Virus record (IMG/VR): IMGVR_UViG_3300029305_001653
Location: 32,001-96,000 of that record
DNA length: 64,000 bases
DNA from: a virus
Lineage: Duplodnaviria > Caudoviricetes
Reading direction: 5' to 3' (one strand)
Shown: one piece after another, positions 48,193 through 57,846 of the stretch
Position numbering within the stretch: the first letter of the stretch is position 1
Layout: each line of letters starts with the position of its first letter
Translations under genes and position numbers: made by a program
Notes under the pieces: generated by a model
Told to the model about the DNA's origin: nothing
What the model saw: the letters and a program-made list of their open reading frames with translations, nothing else
The model's database searches: none

Positions 48193-51100
48193 ATGCCGAA
48201 ATTTAATCAGTCAGTAGCTCCTTACTATAATATTAGAGACAATAAGGAGCAATACCCTCATTACTCACAGTATACTCAATTACTTGCTGTACCTGGGCGT
48301 GTAGCACAAGCTAGAGAACTTACTGAGATTCAGTCTACTGTAAAAGATATTGTAAAATCTCTAGGAGATAGTATCCTAAAAGACGGTAACGTAATAGAAG
48401 GATGTCAAGTCATAGTAAATGATGATAAAAGTACTGTTACAGTTACAGCAGGAAGAGTCTATCTAAATGGTATGGTATTACCTGTAGAAGAAACTACTAT
48501 AGGTATCACAGGAAAAGGTACTGAAATCATAGGATTCAAGTTAATTGAGACTCTGATTACAGAGAACGAAGATATCACCTTGAGAGATCCAGCACAAGGG
48601 TATGATAATTTCAATCAAGCTGGATGTCATCGTATTAAGAGTGAAGTAAGCGTAATAAAAGTAGGAGAGAATGATTCAGACTATGCTATATTAACTACTC
48701 TAGCAGACGGAGCTGTGACAGTAGAGAAATACGCTCCAGAGTATGATGTACTTACTCAGACTTTAGCTAGAAGAACATACGATGAATCAGGTTCCTATAT
48801 CGTAGAAGGATTAACTGTCAGAGTAGAGGATAATATAACTAACAGTAATAAGGTAAATGTAGTAATAGAGTCAGGTAAAGCTTATGTATTAGGTTATGAA
48901 TTGAAAATACCTGCTCCTAGAAGAATTGAAATAGATAGAGCTCTAACTACTGAGCAGCCTATCAATCCAGCTACTGGGCTCTACCGTACGGGTATCAATA
49001 GTTATAAGATACATGATGATCCTTATATATCATCCATCAAACAAGTAACAGGGTATAAATCTCATGTAGAAAATTTAGGAGCTCCTGCTACTAATACTGC
49101 GGAAATCCCTCTAGAAAAATCTACTATAGAAACACAACAGCAGTATGATGGAAAATATACTTACCATATTGAAGGATACGAGGCAGGAGTCGATTATGAA
49201 ATCTATCCTGAAGGAAACTATTGTTTCCTAGTATGGAAAGGTACTAATAACTACCCTACTAGTTCTTACAATGTATCATATAGGTACATTCATACATTTG
49301 AGTCAGGCGTAGACTATGAATTGCATCATAATGAATCGGATAACAGTCATGAAATTAAATGGATATCTAGTAATACTCCTCTAGTAGGTACGACTTTTAC
49401 AGTAGTGTATGAACAGTATCTAGCTCGTAAAGACGTAGTATATATAGATCAGTATGGAGATATATCTGTAGTACAAGGCACTCCTGCACAGTATAACTTT
49501 GAATTGACTCCAGGAGCTCCTGTTAATACTCTAACTCTTGCTACTATCTCGAGTCCTCCAGGAGGAAATAATTCGAATAATAGTAAATTAAAAATCATTA
49601 CATCTAATGTAGGATTGACTAGATTCACAATGAATGATATCCAGAAGATATTAAATCGCATCAAAACTCTGGAGTATGATCAGACTATCCTTTCATTGAA
49701 TGATGAAGCTAGACAATATGAAACTACTAGTGAGAAGAGAGGCATCTTTACAGACCCACTTATAGACTTCTCTAAGATAGATTATACTTACAACTTAGAA
49801 GATGGAGTAGCTGTAGATCCTACATTACCTATCTATGACGCTACTATAGATACTGATAGCAATATGAGTTATTTGCCTGTAAATACTAGAGCTTATGATG
49901 CAACTCCTAGTAACTTAAGTACTGCTAATATATCAGGTAGAACTGCTACACTAGCAGTCACAGGAGAGTCTGTAGTATTGTCTCAATTGTACGCTACTAA
50001 ATCTTTTTTAGTTAATCCGTATACTACATTCCCTCAATTACCTGAAATATCTATCACACCTGCTGTAGATACTTGGATAGATGAAACTCTCATCACAGTG
50101 CCTGTATCTAGATCTACTACTGAAGTAATACAAGCCTCTACTAGACATATATCGAACTGGGGTAGAGCTTCTGGATCTAGTACTACGGATACAGCTATAG
50201 GTCAGAGAGTAGATACATTTAGTGAAGAATCTATTGTAGCAGAGTCCTCTATAAAGTACATAAGAAGAAGAGAAATAGAAGTAGATGGTAGTCTATTCCC
50301 TCCAAATTTAGAAAATATCAAATGTTACTTCGATGGAGTAGAAGTTCCTTTGATAGCTACAGGAGATACAGAAGCAGGAGAAGGAGGTTCAGTTAAATCT
50401 AATGAATCTGGAGCTTTCACTGCTAAATTTACTATACCTGAGAATATCCTTACAGGTATAAGAGAAGTTAGATTATCTTCGGATGTAAAAGTCGATGGCT
50501 ATGAAACTTCTGCATTTGCTTTATATCAAGCTTCAGGTACTTCTAGGACAATACAACGCACGGTAACTACATTAACTACTGTATTACTGAATAGAGTTAC
50601 TACAGTAAATACTATAGTATCTCCTATCGATCCTGTAGGTCAGACTTTCGTATTAGACAGAATGACTTTGGTTAGTGGTATTGATCTTTATTTCGAGTCC
50701 AAACCTACAGGTAACGTACCTATCACCTGCGATATAAGAGAAGTGATAAATGGAAATATCACATCTACTGTATATGGTCACTCAACTCTACCTGCAGATA
50801 GTGTACTTATTAGTAGTGATAGTAGTGTAGCTACAAGATTTAAATTTGATACTCCTGTTCTACTAGAAGAGAATAAAGAGTATGCATTCGTAGTGAGATC
50901 TACATCTCCTAACTATAGATTATGGGTAGCTGAACTCGGAAGTAGCGATATCTTATCAGGAAATTTAGTATTGTCTAATCCGTACCTCATAGGTGTAATG
51001 ATGTCTTCTTCGAACAATAGTTCATGGACTACTCATCAGACTATGGATATAAAGTTTAGATTAGTAGAAAATACTTACAGTAATACTTCTGACATATATT

Positions 51101-51705
51101 TTGGTAGTATTACTAGTGAGGAAGAGTTCGGTAGGATATATTTATTAGCAGAGTCTGCTATATTAGAAGGCACTACTGTGACCTGGTACTATAGTGTGGA
51201 TGATGGAGTAACTTACAGAGAGATATCTCCTTATGATATATTAGTGCTAAATCAGACGGCGGAAACTATTAATATTAAAGCTACTTTAGCTAAATCCGTA
51301 AGACCTAATTTATCTCTGACTCACTTATCTCCTATCGTAGCACTGGATACTATAGGAGTTGTATTGTCTAGTTACGACACTCTAGGGTGGTATATAACTG
51401 ATAAAGTCCCTGGTATAGATCCTTACACTAACGTAGATGTAGTAATTGATACTTACAATACTAATAATACTTCTATGGAAGTATATGTAGCTTCAGTAGA
51501 GAAACCTACAGCTGATGATTTGATAAAAGCTACTATAAATAAATCTTCGGATTTGAATTACGGATGGAAGCAACTTACTTATAAAGCTACTGTACCAGAT
51601 TTAGGTCAAGATACAGACTACTATCTAAGAGTATATATCAAAATGGGGAGTACTCTTAAATATGAGACTCCTGCATTCAGAAGATTGAGAGTGATAATGT
51701 CGTGA
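48193..51705 (+). CDS. Large baseplate/adsorption-associated tail protein (DUF4815-like)
   Basis: QARELTEIQS, LARRTYDESGSY, GKAYVLGYE, DPVGQTF, SSNNSSWT.HQ. Confidence 0.8.
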   Translation: MPKFNQSVAPYYNIRDNKEQYPHYSQYTQLLAVPGRVAQARELTEIQSTVKDIVKSLGDSILKDGNVIEGCQVIVNDDKSTVTVTAGRVYLNGMVLPVEETTIGITGKGTEIIGFKLIETLITENEDITLRDPAQGYDNFNQAGCHRIKSEVSVIKVGENDSDYAILTTLADGAVTVEKYAPEYDVLTQTLARRTYDESGSYIVEGLTVRVEDNITNSNKVNVVIESGKAYVLGYELKIPAPRRIEIDRALTTEQPINPATGLYRTGINSYKIHDDPYISSIKQVTGYKSHVENLGAPATNTAEIPLEKSTIETQQQYDGKYTYHIEGYEAGVDYEIYPEGNYCFLVWKGTNNYPTSSYNVSYRYIHTFESGVDYELHHNESDNSHEIKWISSNTPLVGTTFTVVYEQYLARKDVVYIDQYGDISVVQGTPAQYNFELTPGAPVNTLTLATISSPPGGNNSNNSKLKIITSNVGLTRFTMNDIQKILNRIKTLEYDQTILSLNDEARQYETTSEKRGIFTDPLIDFSKIDYTYNLEDGVAVDPTLPIYDATIDTDSNMSYLPVNTRAYDATPSNLSTANISGRTATLAVTGESVVLSQLYATKSFLVNPYTTFPQLPEISITPAVDTWIDETLITVPVSRSTTEVIQASTRHISNWGRASGSSTTDTAIGQRVDTFSEESIVAESSIKYIRRREIEVDGSLFPPNLENIKCYFDGVEVPLIATGDTEAGEGGSVKSNESGAFTAKFTIPENILTGIREVRLSSDVKVDGYETSAFALYQASGTSRTIQRTVTTLTTVLLNRVTTVNTIVSPIDPVGQTFVLDRMTLVSGIDLYFESKPTGNVPITCDIREVINGNITSTVYGHSTLPADSVLISSDSSVATRFKFDTPVLLEENKEYAFVVRSTSPNYRLWVAELGSSDILSGNLVLSNPYLIGVMMSSSNNSSWTTHQTMDIKFRLVENTYSNTSDIYFGSITSEEEFGRIYLLAESAILEGTTVTWYYSVDDGVTYREISPYDILVLNQTAETINIKATLAKSVRPNLSLTHLSPIVALDTIGVVLSSYDTLGWYITDKVPGIDPYTNVDVVIDTYNTNNTSMEVYVASVEKPTADDLIKATINKSSDLNYGWKQLTYKATVPDLGQDTDYYLRVYIKMGSTLKYETPAFRRLRVIMS

Positions 51706-51872
51706 GAAAAGAAATCGTAGATCCTAAGAATGGAGCAATACTTTTCAAGAAAACAGAGGAGACTATAACTCTAGAAATCCTTGTAGGTAAAGTGAAAGAT
51801 CTAGAGAGTAGAAATAAGAAACTTGAAAAGCGTTTATCAGAGATAGAAAAATTACTAAAAAAGGACTCGTAA
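51702..51872 (+). CDS. Small coiled-coil protein (not in ORF track)
   Basis: GTGA overlap with upstream stop; MRKEIVDPKNGAILF...LEKRLSEIEKLL. Confidence 0.55.
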   Translation: MRKEIVDPKNGAILFKKTEETITLEILVGKVKDLESRNKKLEKRLSEIEKLLKKDS

Positions 51873-51883
51873 GAGTCCTTTTT
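51858..51883 (+). terminator. Intrinsic terminator ending the structural region
   Basis: AAAAAGGACTC-GTAA-GAGTCCTTTTT. Confidence 0.85.
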
Positions 51884-51900
51884 CTTTTATAAATTATTAG

Positions 51901-51939
51901 AGGGAAATAGAATTTTATCACGTATTATGATAATGTAAG
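51901..51939 (+). promoter_or_regulatory. Conserved bipartite phage promoter, copy 4
   Basis: AGGGAAA-N12-ACGTATTATGATAATGTAAG. Confidence 0.8.
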
Positions 51940-51979
51940 GAAGAACCTCATCGTGAAATTAACTTAAAGGAGTACATCT

Positions 51980-52585
51980 ATGAATAACAACATTGACTGG
52001 AAAGAGATAGAAGATAAAATAGCTATCATCTGTTACAAATTTAGTAACTTATCTTCATACCATGAAGATTTAGCACAAGAGCTTAGAATCCACGCCTACT
52101 ATGTCTCAGATAATTATTATGACTTGTATCGTAAAGCTATAGACTTCTGGAGAAAGTTACAATCTAGACAGTCTCCTGAAGTTCCTTACTTTGATTTAGA
52201 ACTTTTAGGAGGTTCCTATTCCATGGAGAAAGAAGCTACAGATCAGTTTAACGATATAGTATTTCTTATCCGTAAGGAATTAAATAGATTTCCTCAGAGT
52301 AAGTGGGATAGTAATAAGATAGACGTAGCTACGAAACTTTTAGATATCATCTTAGAAGATATAGACCCTAAGAAGGTAGAAGGTAATTCTGATATAGTAG
52401 GAGATTCTAATCTTAACCACTATATCAATCATAGACTAAATTTATCATGGGTTTCTGAAGAGACAGGTATCGGATATAAACAGATAGTTATGGCTATGAA
52501 ACTCTTAGAAGATATAGTTAGAGGATTACATGCTATGAAGAAGATAGAGATTCCTTTAGAGTATTTCCAGGGATACTACGAATAA
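51980..52585 (+). CDS. Divergent sigma-70-like factor (region 2 and region 4-like HTH)
   Basis: HEDLAQEL..RKAIDFWRK (region 2-like); LSWVSEETGIGYKQIVMAMKLL (HTH). Confidence 0.55.
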   Translation: MNNNIDWKEIEDKIAIICYKFSNLSSYHEDLAQELRIHAYYVSDNYYDLYRKAIDFWRKLQSRQSPEVPYFDLELLGGSYSMEKEATDQFNDIVFLIRKELNRFPQSKWDSNKIDVATKLLDIILEDIDPKKVEGNSDIVGDSNLNHYINHRLNLSWVSEETGIGYKQIVMAMKLLEDIVRGLHAMKKIEIPLEYFQGYYE

Positions 52586-52607
52586 TCTTCCTTACAATTG
52601 AATAACA

Positions 52608-52642
52608 AATAAGAGCTCCTAGACGATCTAGGAGCTCTTATT
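52608..52642. terminator. Bidirectional terminator between convergent genes
   Basis: AATAAGAGCTCCTAGA-CGA-TCTAGGAGCTCTTATT. Confidence 0.8.
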
Positions 52643-52717
52643 ATTTTAAGGTTAGGCGTGGAAGGAAACTCATAAATAGACTGTTGTAGAGTCAATATTG
52701 TAGTGAATTAACCTATC

Positions 52718-53797
52718 TCAAGTCTCATTCACTACAGTGTCAATATGATTTACGATAGTCTCGTAATGAGACAAGATATTCTCCTCTACTAAATCATACA
52801 AGGTACTTACTCTCTCTAATCTTTCTTCTTCTGACAAACTTCCTAATATATCAGGTAGATCCTTATAATTAGTCTTACTTACTCTTATAGCAGAGTTGAA
52901 TCCTAACCAGTCAGGTGTAGATTCTTGACAAAGTACAGGTAGACATCCTTCTCTGATAGCTTCCATAGTAGCTATCTCTACTCTAGGTTGATGATTACGT
53001 AATCCCATATTCCTCATCAAGAATAAGAAATTCCAATGGTACTTGACATCTTCTAATAATCTAGGTACTTGACTAGGCTCAAAATATCCTAAATCATGAT
53101 AAGACTCTGTAGGTAATTCTTCCATCTTTAAATTATACCAGTAACTCTGATGAGATCCTGCAGCATACACTTCTATACCATTCTTTACAAAATCATCAGA
53201 CATAGACAAGTACTCATAAATCCTTTTTGCTGTAGTCCATCTGCAGGTAGACATAATCTTATTACTCTTCTTCTTAGCTTTCTCTAGTATCTTCTCTTTA
53301 GGAGGTAATAAAGGACTGAAGCTAACATACTCCCAATCTCCACAGATATCAATATAGTCATCGAAGCAGTCTGCCATACCAGGACAATTGAACATAACAA
53401 ATGTCATATTAGGATGATTAAGAAAATTCATGTGATAAGGGTAAAGTTTCCTATCATTCTCCTCATGACATATGAATGTAAACTTCTTAGTATGGTTCAA
53501 TACATCTATATACTTATCAGGAGTAGCTTCATTATACTTTTCGTAAGTCAGACCTGGGGAAGAGAATATTACGAAATCATAATTAGAGAGTATCGAAGGA
53601 TTAGAGTGATACTCTACAGCTTCAGCTAAAGGAGACTTGTAGTTCTTATTATCACGTAATGTAATTAAATCTACATCTTTTATGTATCTACGTAATTGAT
53701 CTGCTAGGTAAATAGGAGCAGAAGAAGCTCCACCTACTTCTCCAGGACCAAATCCATTGTGAAATGTACATATACAAACTTTAAAATTATCTCTCAT
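52718..53797 (-). CDS. GT-B glycosyltransferase, T4 DNA alpha-glucosyltransferase-like
   Basis: N-terminal Gly loop, YDFVIFSS, ICHEE, RWTTAK, EIATMEA..GCLPVL line up with my recollection of T4 Agt motifs (RTTTWK; EYTHLE..GTIPVF). Confidence 0.75.
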   Translation of the reverse strand: MRDNFKVCICTFHNGFGPGEVGGASSAPIYLADQLRRYIKDVDLITLRDNKNYKSPLAEAVEYHSNPSILSNYDFVIFSSPGLTYEKYNEATPDKYIDVLNHTKKFTFICHEENDRKLYPYHMNFLNHPNMTFVMFNCPGMADCFDDYIDICGDWEYVSFSPLLPPKEKILEKAKKKSNKIMSTCRWTTAKRIYEYLSMSDDFVKNGIEVYAAGSHQSYWYNLKMEELPTESYHDLGYFEPSQVPRLLEDVKYHWNFLFLMRNMGLRNHQPRVEIATMEAIREGCLPVLCQESTPDWLGFNSAIRVSKTNYKDLPDILGSLSEEERLERVSTLYDLVEENILSHYETIVNHIDTVVNET

Positions 53798-53807
53798 ACT
53801 CTACTCC

Positions 53808-54095
53808 TTAATACTTTGCTATATAGTATTCAGCATACTCCGTGAGATCTATACCTTCTATTACTGCTCTAGCTTCTAAGATTGCTAGATAATCTGCCAT
53901 AGCTCTAACTTGAATATTGTAAGTGCTACGAGGACATGTAGGCTTAAATCCTATGATCTCTTCTCCTCCGAAATCCCACTTACTCAGTAGATCTCTTAAT
54001 TTATTATATCTTATAGCTAATTGTAAGTATTCAGATTTAAATCTTTCTTTATAATCTGAACTTGTCATCATAGAAATAGTATCTTTCAATTCCAT
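53808..54095 (-). CDS. Conserved small phage protein (crAss001_48-like)
   Basis: MMTSSDYKERFK.EY.QL.IRY.KL, PTCP, Q..AM..YL.ILE.RA.IEGI. Confidence 0.7.
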   Translation of the reverse strand: MELKDTISMMTSSDYKERFKSEYLQLAIRYNKLRDLLSKWDFGGEEIIGFKPTCPRSTYNIQVRAMADYLAILEARAVIEGIDLTEYAEYYIAKY

Positions 54096-54097
54096 AA

Positions 54098-55174
54098 TTA
54101 ATTATCCTTTCCATCTAAATATTTTATACAGAGATAACCATCTTCATCTACATAAGCCATATCAGGTAGTTTCCAGGAAGGGTTATACTTCATACGATCA
54201 GAGTATTTATAATTAGACCTTAACTCAACTGTACGATTCTCCTCATCATATCCTAGTACATTATTAGGAGTAAGAGTAATCTTACCTATCTGAGTCATGA
54301 GAGCTAATATAGGCTTACTCCTACCTGTCACATGTCCTGAATTCACTAGAGATTCGTAACAGTCTATCATCTTTGATACTGAAGGTCTTAGATGATGAGT
54401 ACCTTTCATAGGTACTGCATGGAATAGATAATGAGCTTCTATTCCTCTCATTCTCATAGAGTGATATAGTTCAATGAGTTGCTTAGGAGTATCATTTACT
54501 CCCTTTAAGAAAACATTTTGAGAGTAGATAGTGATACCTATACTCTGTAATCTCTTTATTACATTATCTACATCTTCATCGAATTCAAGATGTGAATTTA
54601 TTTGAGTAGCTACTTCTACTCTCTTGACTTTACTATATCTGCTAAGAACAGAATATATCTTCTCTGAGATGGTCTTAGGAGACTGAGTAATCATCCTAGT
54701 AGCTATACGATAAATTTGTACATTAGGAGCTATATCATAGAGATAGCCTAAGAATTTACTAAGAGCCTTGATATTAGTAAATGGATCTCCTCCAGTAATC
54801 AATATCTCCTCGAATCCTTCATCTCTGCAGTACTCAGCTATAGCTATCAGATTATCGTCAGTAAGTCTATAATGATCTTCATAATTACTCCTCAAACAGT
54901 ATCTACAGTTAGAAGCACATCCCCAAGCTATCTCCACACATCCATGTCTTCGATATAACCTTTCAAGATTCTTTATAGAGTCTCCTTCACAATCTGCTTC
55001 ATAGTGTCTATTATTCACTTCATCAGTGACTATATCCTCTTCTTCCCTATATACGTACTGATTATATATAGACAAGTACTCCTCAGAATCTTTACCATAT
55101 GTTTCTTCAAGAAAAGATAATTTATCTTTTAAGTGTTTACTTATCACTTGTCTGAATTCTTCTCTTCTACTCAA
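54098..55174 (-). CDS. KamA-family radical SAM/PLP 2,3-aminomutase-like enzyme
   Basis: LERLY, CASNCRYCLR, EILITGGDP, RIATR, QNVFLKGVND, YLFH, GK (PLP lysine position). Confidence 0.88.
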   Translation of the reverse strand: MSRREEFRQVISKHLKDKLSFLEETYGKDSEEYLSIYNQYVYREEEDIVTDEVNNRHYEADCEGDSIKNLERLYRRHGCVEIAWGCASNCRYCLRSNYEDHYRLTDDNLIAIAEYCRDEGFEEILITGGDPFTNIKALSKFLGYLYDIAPNVQIYRIATRMITQSPKTISEKIYSVLSRYSKVKRVEVATQINSHLEFDEDVDNVIKRLQSIGITIYSQNVFLKGVNDTPKQLIELYHSMRMRGIEAHYLFHAVPMKGTHHLRPSVSKMIDCYESLVNSGHVTGRSKPILALMTQIGKITLTPNNVLGYDEENRTVELRSNYKYSDRMKYNPSWKLPDMAYVDEDGYLCIKYLDGKDN

Positions 55175-56286
55175 TCTATATTCCTCCTAACTGACCTAAT
55201 TTTGCCTGTATTCGAAACTTCAATTAAACCGAATTTTACAGGAATATTCAGAGATAATTTATTACGTATCTCTACTCTGATATAGTCTACTATTTCCTCA
55301 TTATGGATATAATCTACACTGCTAATTATTAACTCTGCGTACTCAATAGGATCTTCTCTAGAGACACGTAACTGACTGATAAGATCAGGACATCCATAGA
55401 GTAATCCAGCCTCTGCTACGATGTCTCTAATAGTATTAGGATAAACATTTAATCCTCTTATGACTAACATTTCATCTGATCTTCCTAATATATTGAATCT
55501 AAAGTTAGGTCCATCAGACAGAACTTCTACGATATCTCCTACATTGTAGTTGATACGATTAATAAGTCCTCCCTCATATGTAGTAGTGATGAGTAACTCT
55601 CCTACTAAACCCTTTTTAGGAGGTAGAATCTGATCTCCTACTTTAATACTAGCAAAAGCAATATCATCTGCTAAGAATTGAAGACTATCTCTAGTATAAT
55701 AATTCTCAGAAGCTAACATTGAGATACTATCAGCAGAGCCATAATTAGCATTCAAAGCTTCAATACCCCACTCTTCCTCAATATTTTTCCTAAAATTAGG
55801 ATTCTGGATACCACTTTCTCCTCCGAAAAATCCATACTTGAGTCCAAGATTCCTAGGACTCATATTAAATTCATCCTTGAGAACTTCTTTAATTTTGTAC
55901 ATATAAGAAGGAGTACAAGAGATACCTTCAATATTATAGTACATGATAGTATTAATCAATTCTTTAGTGTTACCTACTCCGTAAGGAAATACAGCAGCTC
56001 CTGCTTTCATAAGACTAGTACAGTCTACGAATCCTCCAGACCACATCTGGAAATTAAGGCAGTGTATTATCCTCATACCTGGACGAACTCCTGCATTAAT
56101 GAAGCATCTAGCTCCTACATCAGTAATCTTCTCGAAATCTATCTTGTTCATAGCTATAGACAAAGGAACTCCTGATGTAGAACCTGAGGTTCTCACTACT
56201 AAATTAATATCTCTTTCTTTTACTTCAGAAACTCCTAAATGATTAGTAGACTGAAAAGATAGTAAATCTGACTTATAAGTAATCAT
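55171..56286 (-). CDS. Phenylacetate-CoA ligase-like adenylate-forming enzyme
   Basis: TSGSTSG, CTPSY, GGE, NYG, GD, GRSDEMLVIRGLNVYP, TGKIR. Confidence 0.85.
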   Translation of the reverse strand: MITYKSDLLSFQSTNHLGVSEVKERDINLVVRTSGSTSGVPLSIAMNKIDFEKITDVGARCFINAGVRPGMRIIHCLNFQMWSGGFVDCTSLMKAGAAVFPYGVGNTKELINTIMYYNIEGISCTPSYMYKIKEVLKDEFNMSPRNLGLKYGFFGGESGIQNPNFRKNIEEEWGIEALNANYGSADSISMLASENYYTRDSLQFLADDIAFASIKVGDQILPPKKGLVGELLITTTYEGGLINRINYNVGDIVEVLSDGPNFRFNILGRSDEMLVIRGLNVYPNTIRDIVAEAGLLYGCPDLISQLRVSREDPIEYAELIISSVDYIHNEEIVDYIRVEIRNKLSLNIPVKFGLIEVSNTGKIRSVRRNID

Positions 56287-57128
56287 TAGATTAAACCTCC
56301 TTCATCGAATATCTTTTTATGATCTATGATATGAGCAGGATTACCTACTACAACACTATTGTCAGGTATATCTCTTATAACTACAGCTCCCATACCTATT
56401 GAAACGTTCTTACCAATCTTTATTCCATTACGTATTTTAGCTCCTATACCTATCACTGTATGGTCACCTATCACTGTACTACCTCCTATGATAGTACCTG
56501 CAGCTATGATACAAGACTTACCTATAATACAATTATGACCTATCTGACACCCAAAATCAATTTGAGTATTATCTCCTATTTTAGTATAATTGAATGTTCC
56601 TCTACCTACCATAGTATTGTATTTGATTACTACATTATTTCCTATCAAGACTCCTCCTAATTGAGGAAATTGTACTATAGTCTCTGCATCATACCCTAGG
56701 ACAGGACTAAAATCAATACCTCCTAATATGACTCCATGATCTATCCAGCAGTTACGTCCTATAATAATTTCTTTACAGTAAATATTAGGTAGATATCTAA
56801 GATAGTCAGATTTAGACAGATTATCTGTATGAATCCTTTGAAGTCTAGAGAGCAATTCAAATTTAGATACAACAAGACAAAATGTAAATTTAGGATTCTT
56901 TACTCTAATGAAATCATTTCTTTTAGACTGGAGTTCAGGATAAGATTCATTTATGAGATAAACACAGTGCTCACTATTGTCTAATCTTTCTAGATTAATG
57001 TCAGGTTTATTTATGAACATCAAAGTATTGTAATTAACGTCTAAAGAGTCTACTTGTATGATGTTGAATTCTTTATCTGAGGGACTCAGTGATAGAAAGC
57101 TTCGTATATCATTATTAGTTACACTCAT
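56286..57128 (-). CDS. LpxD-like hexapeptide-repeat N-acyltransferase
   Basis: VKNPKFTF, FPQLGGVLIGNNV, QIGHNCIIG, IGMGAVVIRDIP..VVGNPA. Confidence 0.85.
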   Translation of the reverse strand: MSVTNNDIRSFLSLSPSDKEFNIIQVDSLDVNYNTLMFINKPDINLERLDNSEHCVYLINESYPELQSKRNDFIRVKNPKFTFCLVVSKFELLSRLQRIHTDNLSKSDYLRYLPNIYCKEIIIGRNCWIDHGVILGGIDFSPVLGYDAETIVQFPQLGGVLIGNNVVIKYNTMVGRGTFNYTKIGDNTQIDFGCQIGHNCIIGKSCIIAAGTIIGGSTVIGDHTVIGIGAKIRNGIKIGKNVSIGMGAVVIRDIPDNSVVVGNPAHIIDHKKIFDEGGLI

Positions 57129-57129
57129 A

Positions 57130-57834
57130 CTAAAAATCCTCCGTTACAATAGTCATAGGATAAAATGCCTCTGCGTAATCTCTACCTATTTCAGTACCTC
57201 TTACTTTAGCGAGTGTAATTATGGAAGAGATATCTAGAATATCTCTCGGATCTCTGACTAATTGAGATCTATATTCAGATAAAGCTAATTTCTTCTTCTC
57301 AATATCTTCAGCTGAGAGTGGTACATAAAGCTTACTATTAGGGCTCAAGTTACTACTCCAAGTATTCACGTAAGGGTACTCATACATAGCTTTCAGCTGT
57401 ATATAATTAGTATCTACTGTAGGACGTAGTGCAGCAACACTAGCTTGGAATACTGCTTGATGATCTTGGTGATGACTACTATAAGGGAAAAGAACTGCTG
57501 TAGGTCTAAACTCTCTAATCACTTTGTCTAACTGAGTTACTAAAGATTTCTTGTCTACCTGGTCTAGCTTTCCGTCTATAAATCCTTTTAATTGGATTAG
57601 ACTTATACAGCCTTTACGAAATCCTAATCTCCATAGAGCATTTACAGTCTCTGATATTCTTTCCTCATTAGAAACTACTCTACCTACATTGTAATTATGT
57701 ACATTAGAATGAGTAGCTACTAGTACTACCATAACTTTATTCTCAGTATCAGTAGCTAGCTTGCTCATCAAACCTCCGCATCCGATAGTTTCATCATCAC
57801 AGTGAGGAGTGATGATTAAAGTACGTTTGAACAT
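57130..57834 (-). CDS. PIG-L/LmbE family N-deacetylase
   Basis: PHCDDETIGCGG, R..E, DG, HHQDH, Y.SQ, YAEAF. Confidence 0.9.
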   Translation of the reverse strand: MFKRTLIITPHCDDETIGCGGLMSKLATDTENKVMVVLVATHSNVHNYNVGRVVSNEERISETVNALWRLGFRKGCISLIQLKGFIDGKLDQVDKKSLVTQLDKVIREFRPTAVLFPYSSHHQDHQAVFQASVAALRPTVDTNYIQLKAMYEYPYVNTWSSNLSPNSKLYVPLSAEDIEKKKLALSEYRSQLVRDPRDILDISSIITLAKVRGTEIGRDYAEAFYPMTIVTEDF

Positions 57835-57846
57835 GAGTACCTCCTC

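Noticed and set aside
54098-57128. EF-P beta-lysylation (EpmB) or lipid A synthesis (LpxD) auxiliary genes
   Set aside because: No EpmA or other lpx genes, host appears Gram-positive, and lysine-binding Asp residues appear absent
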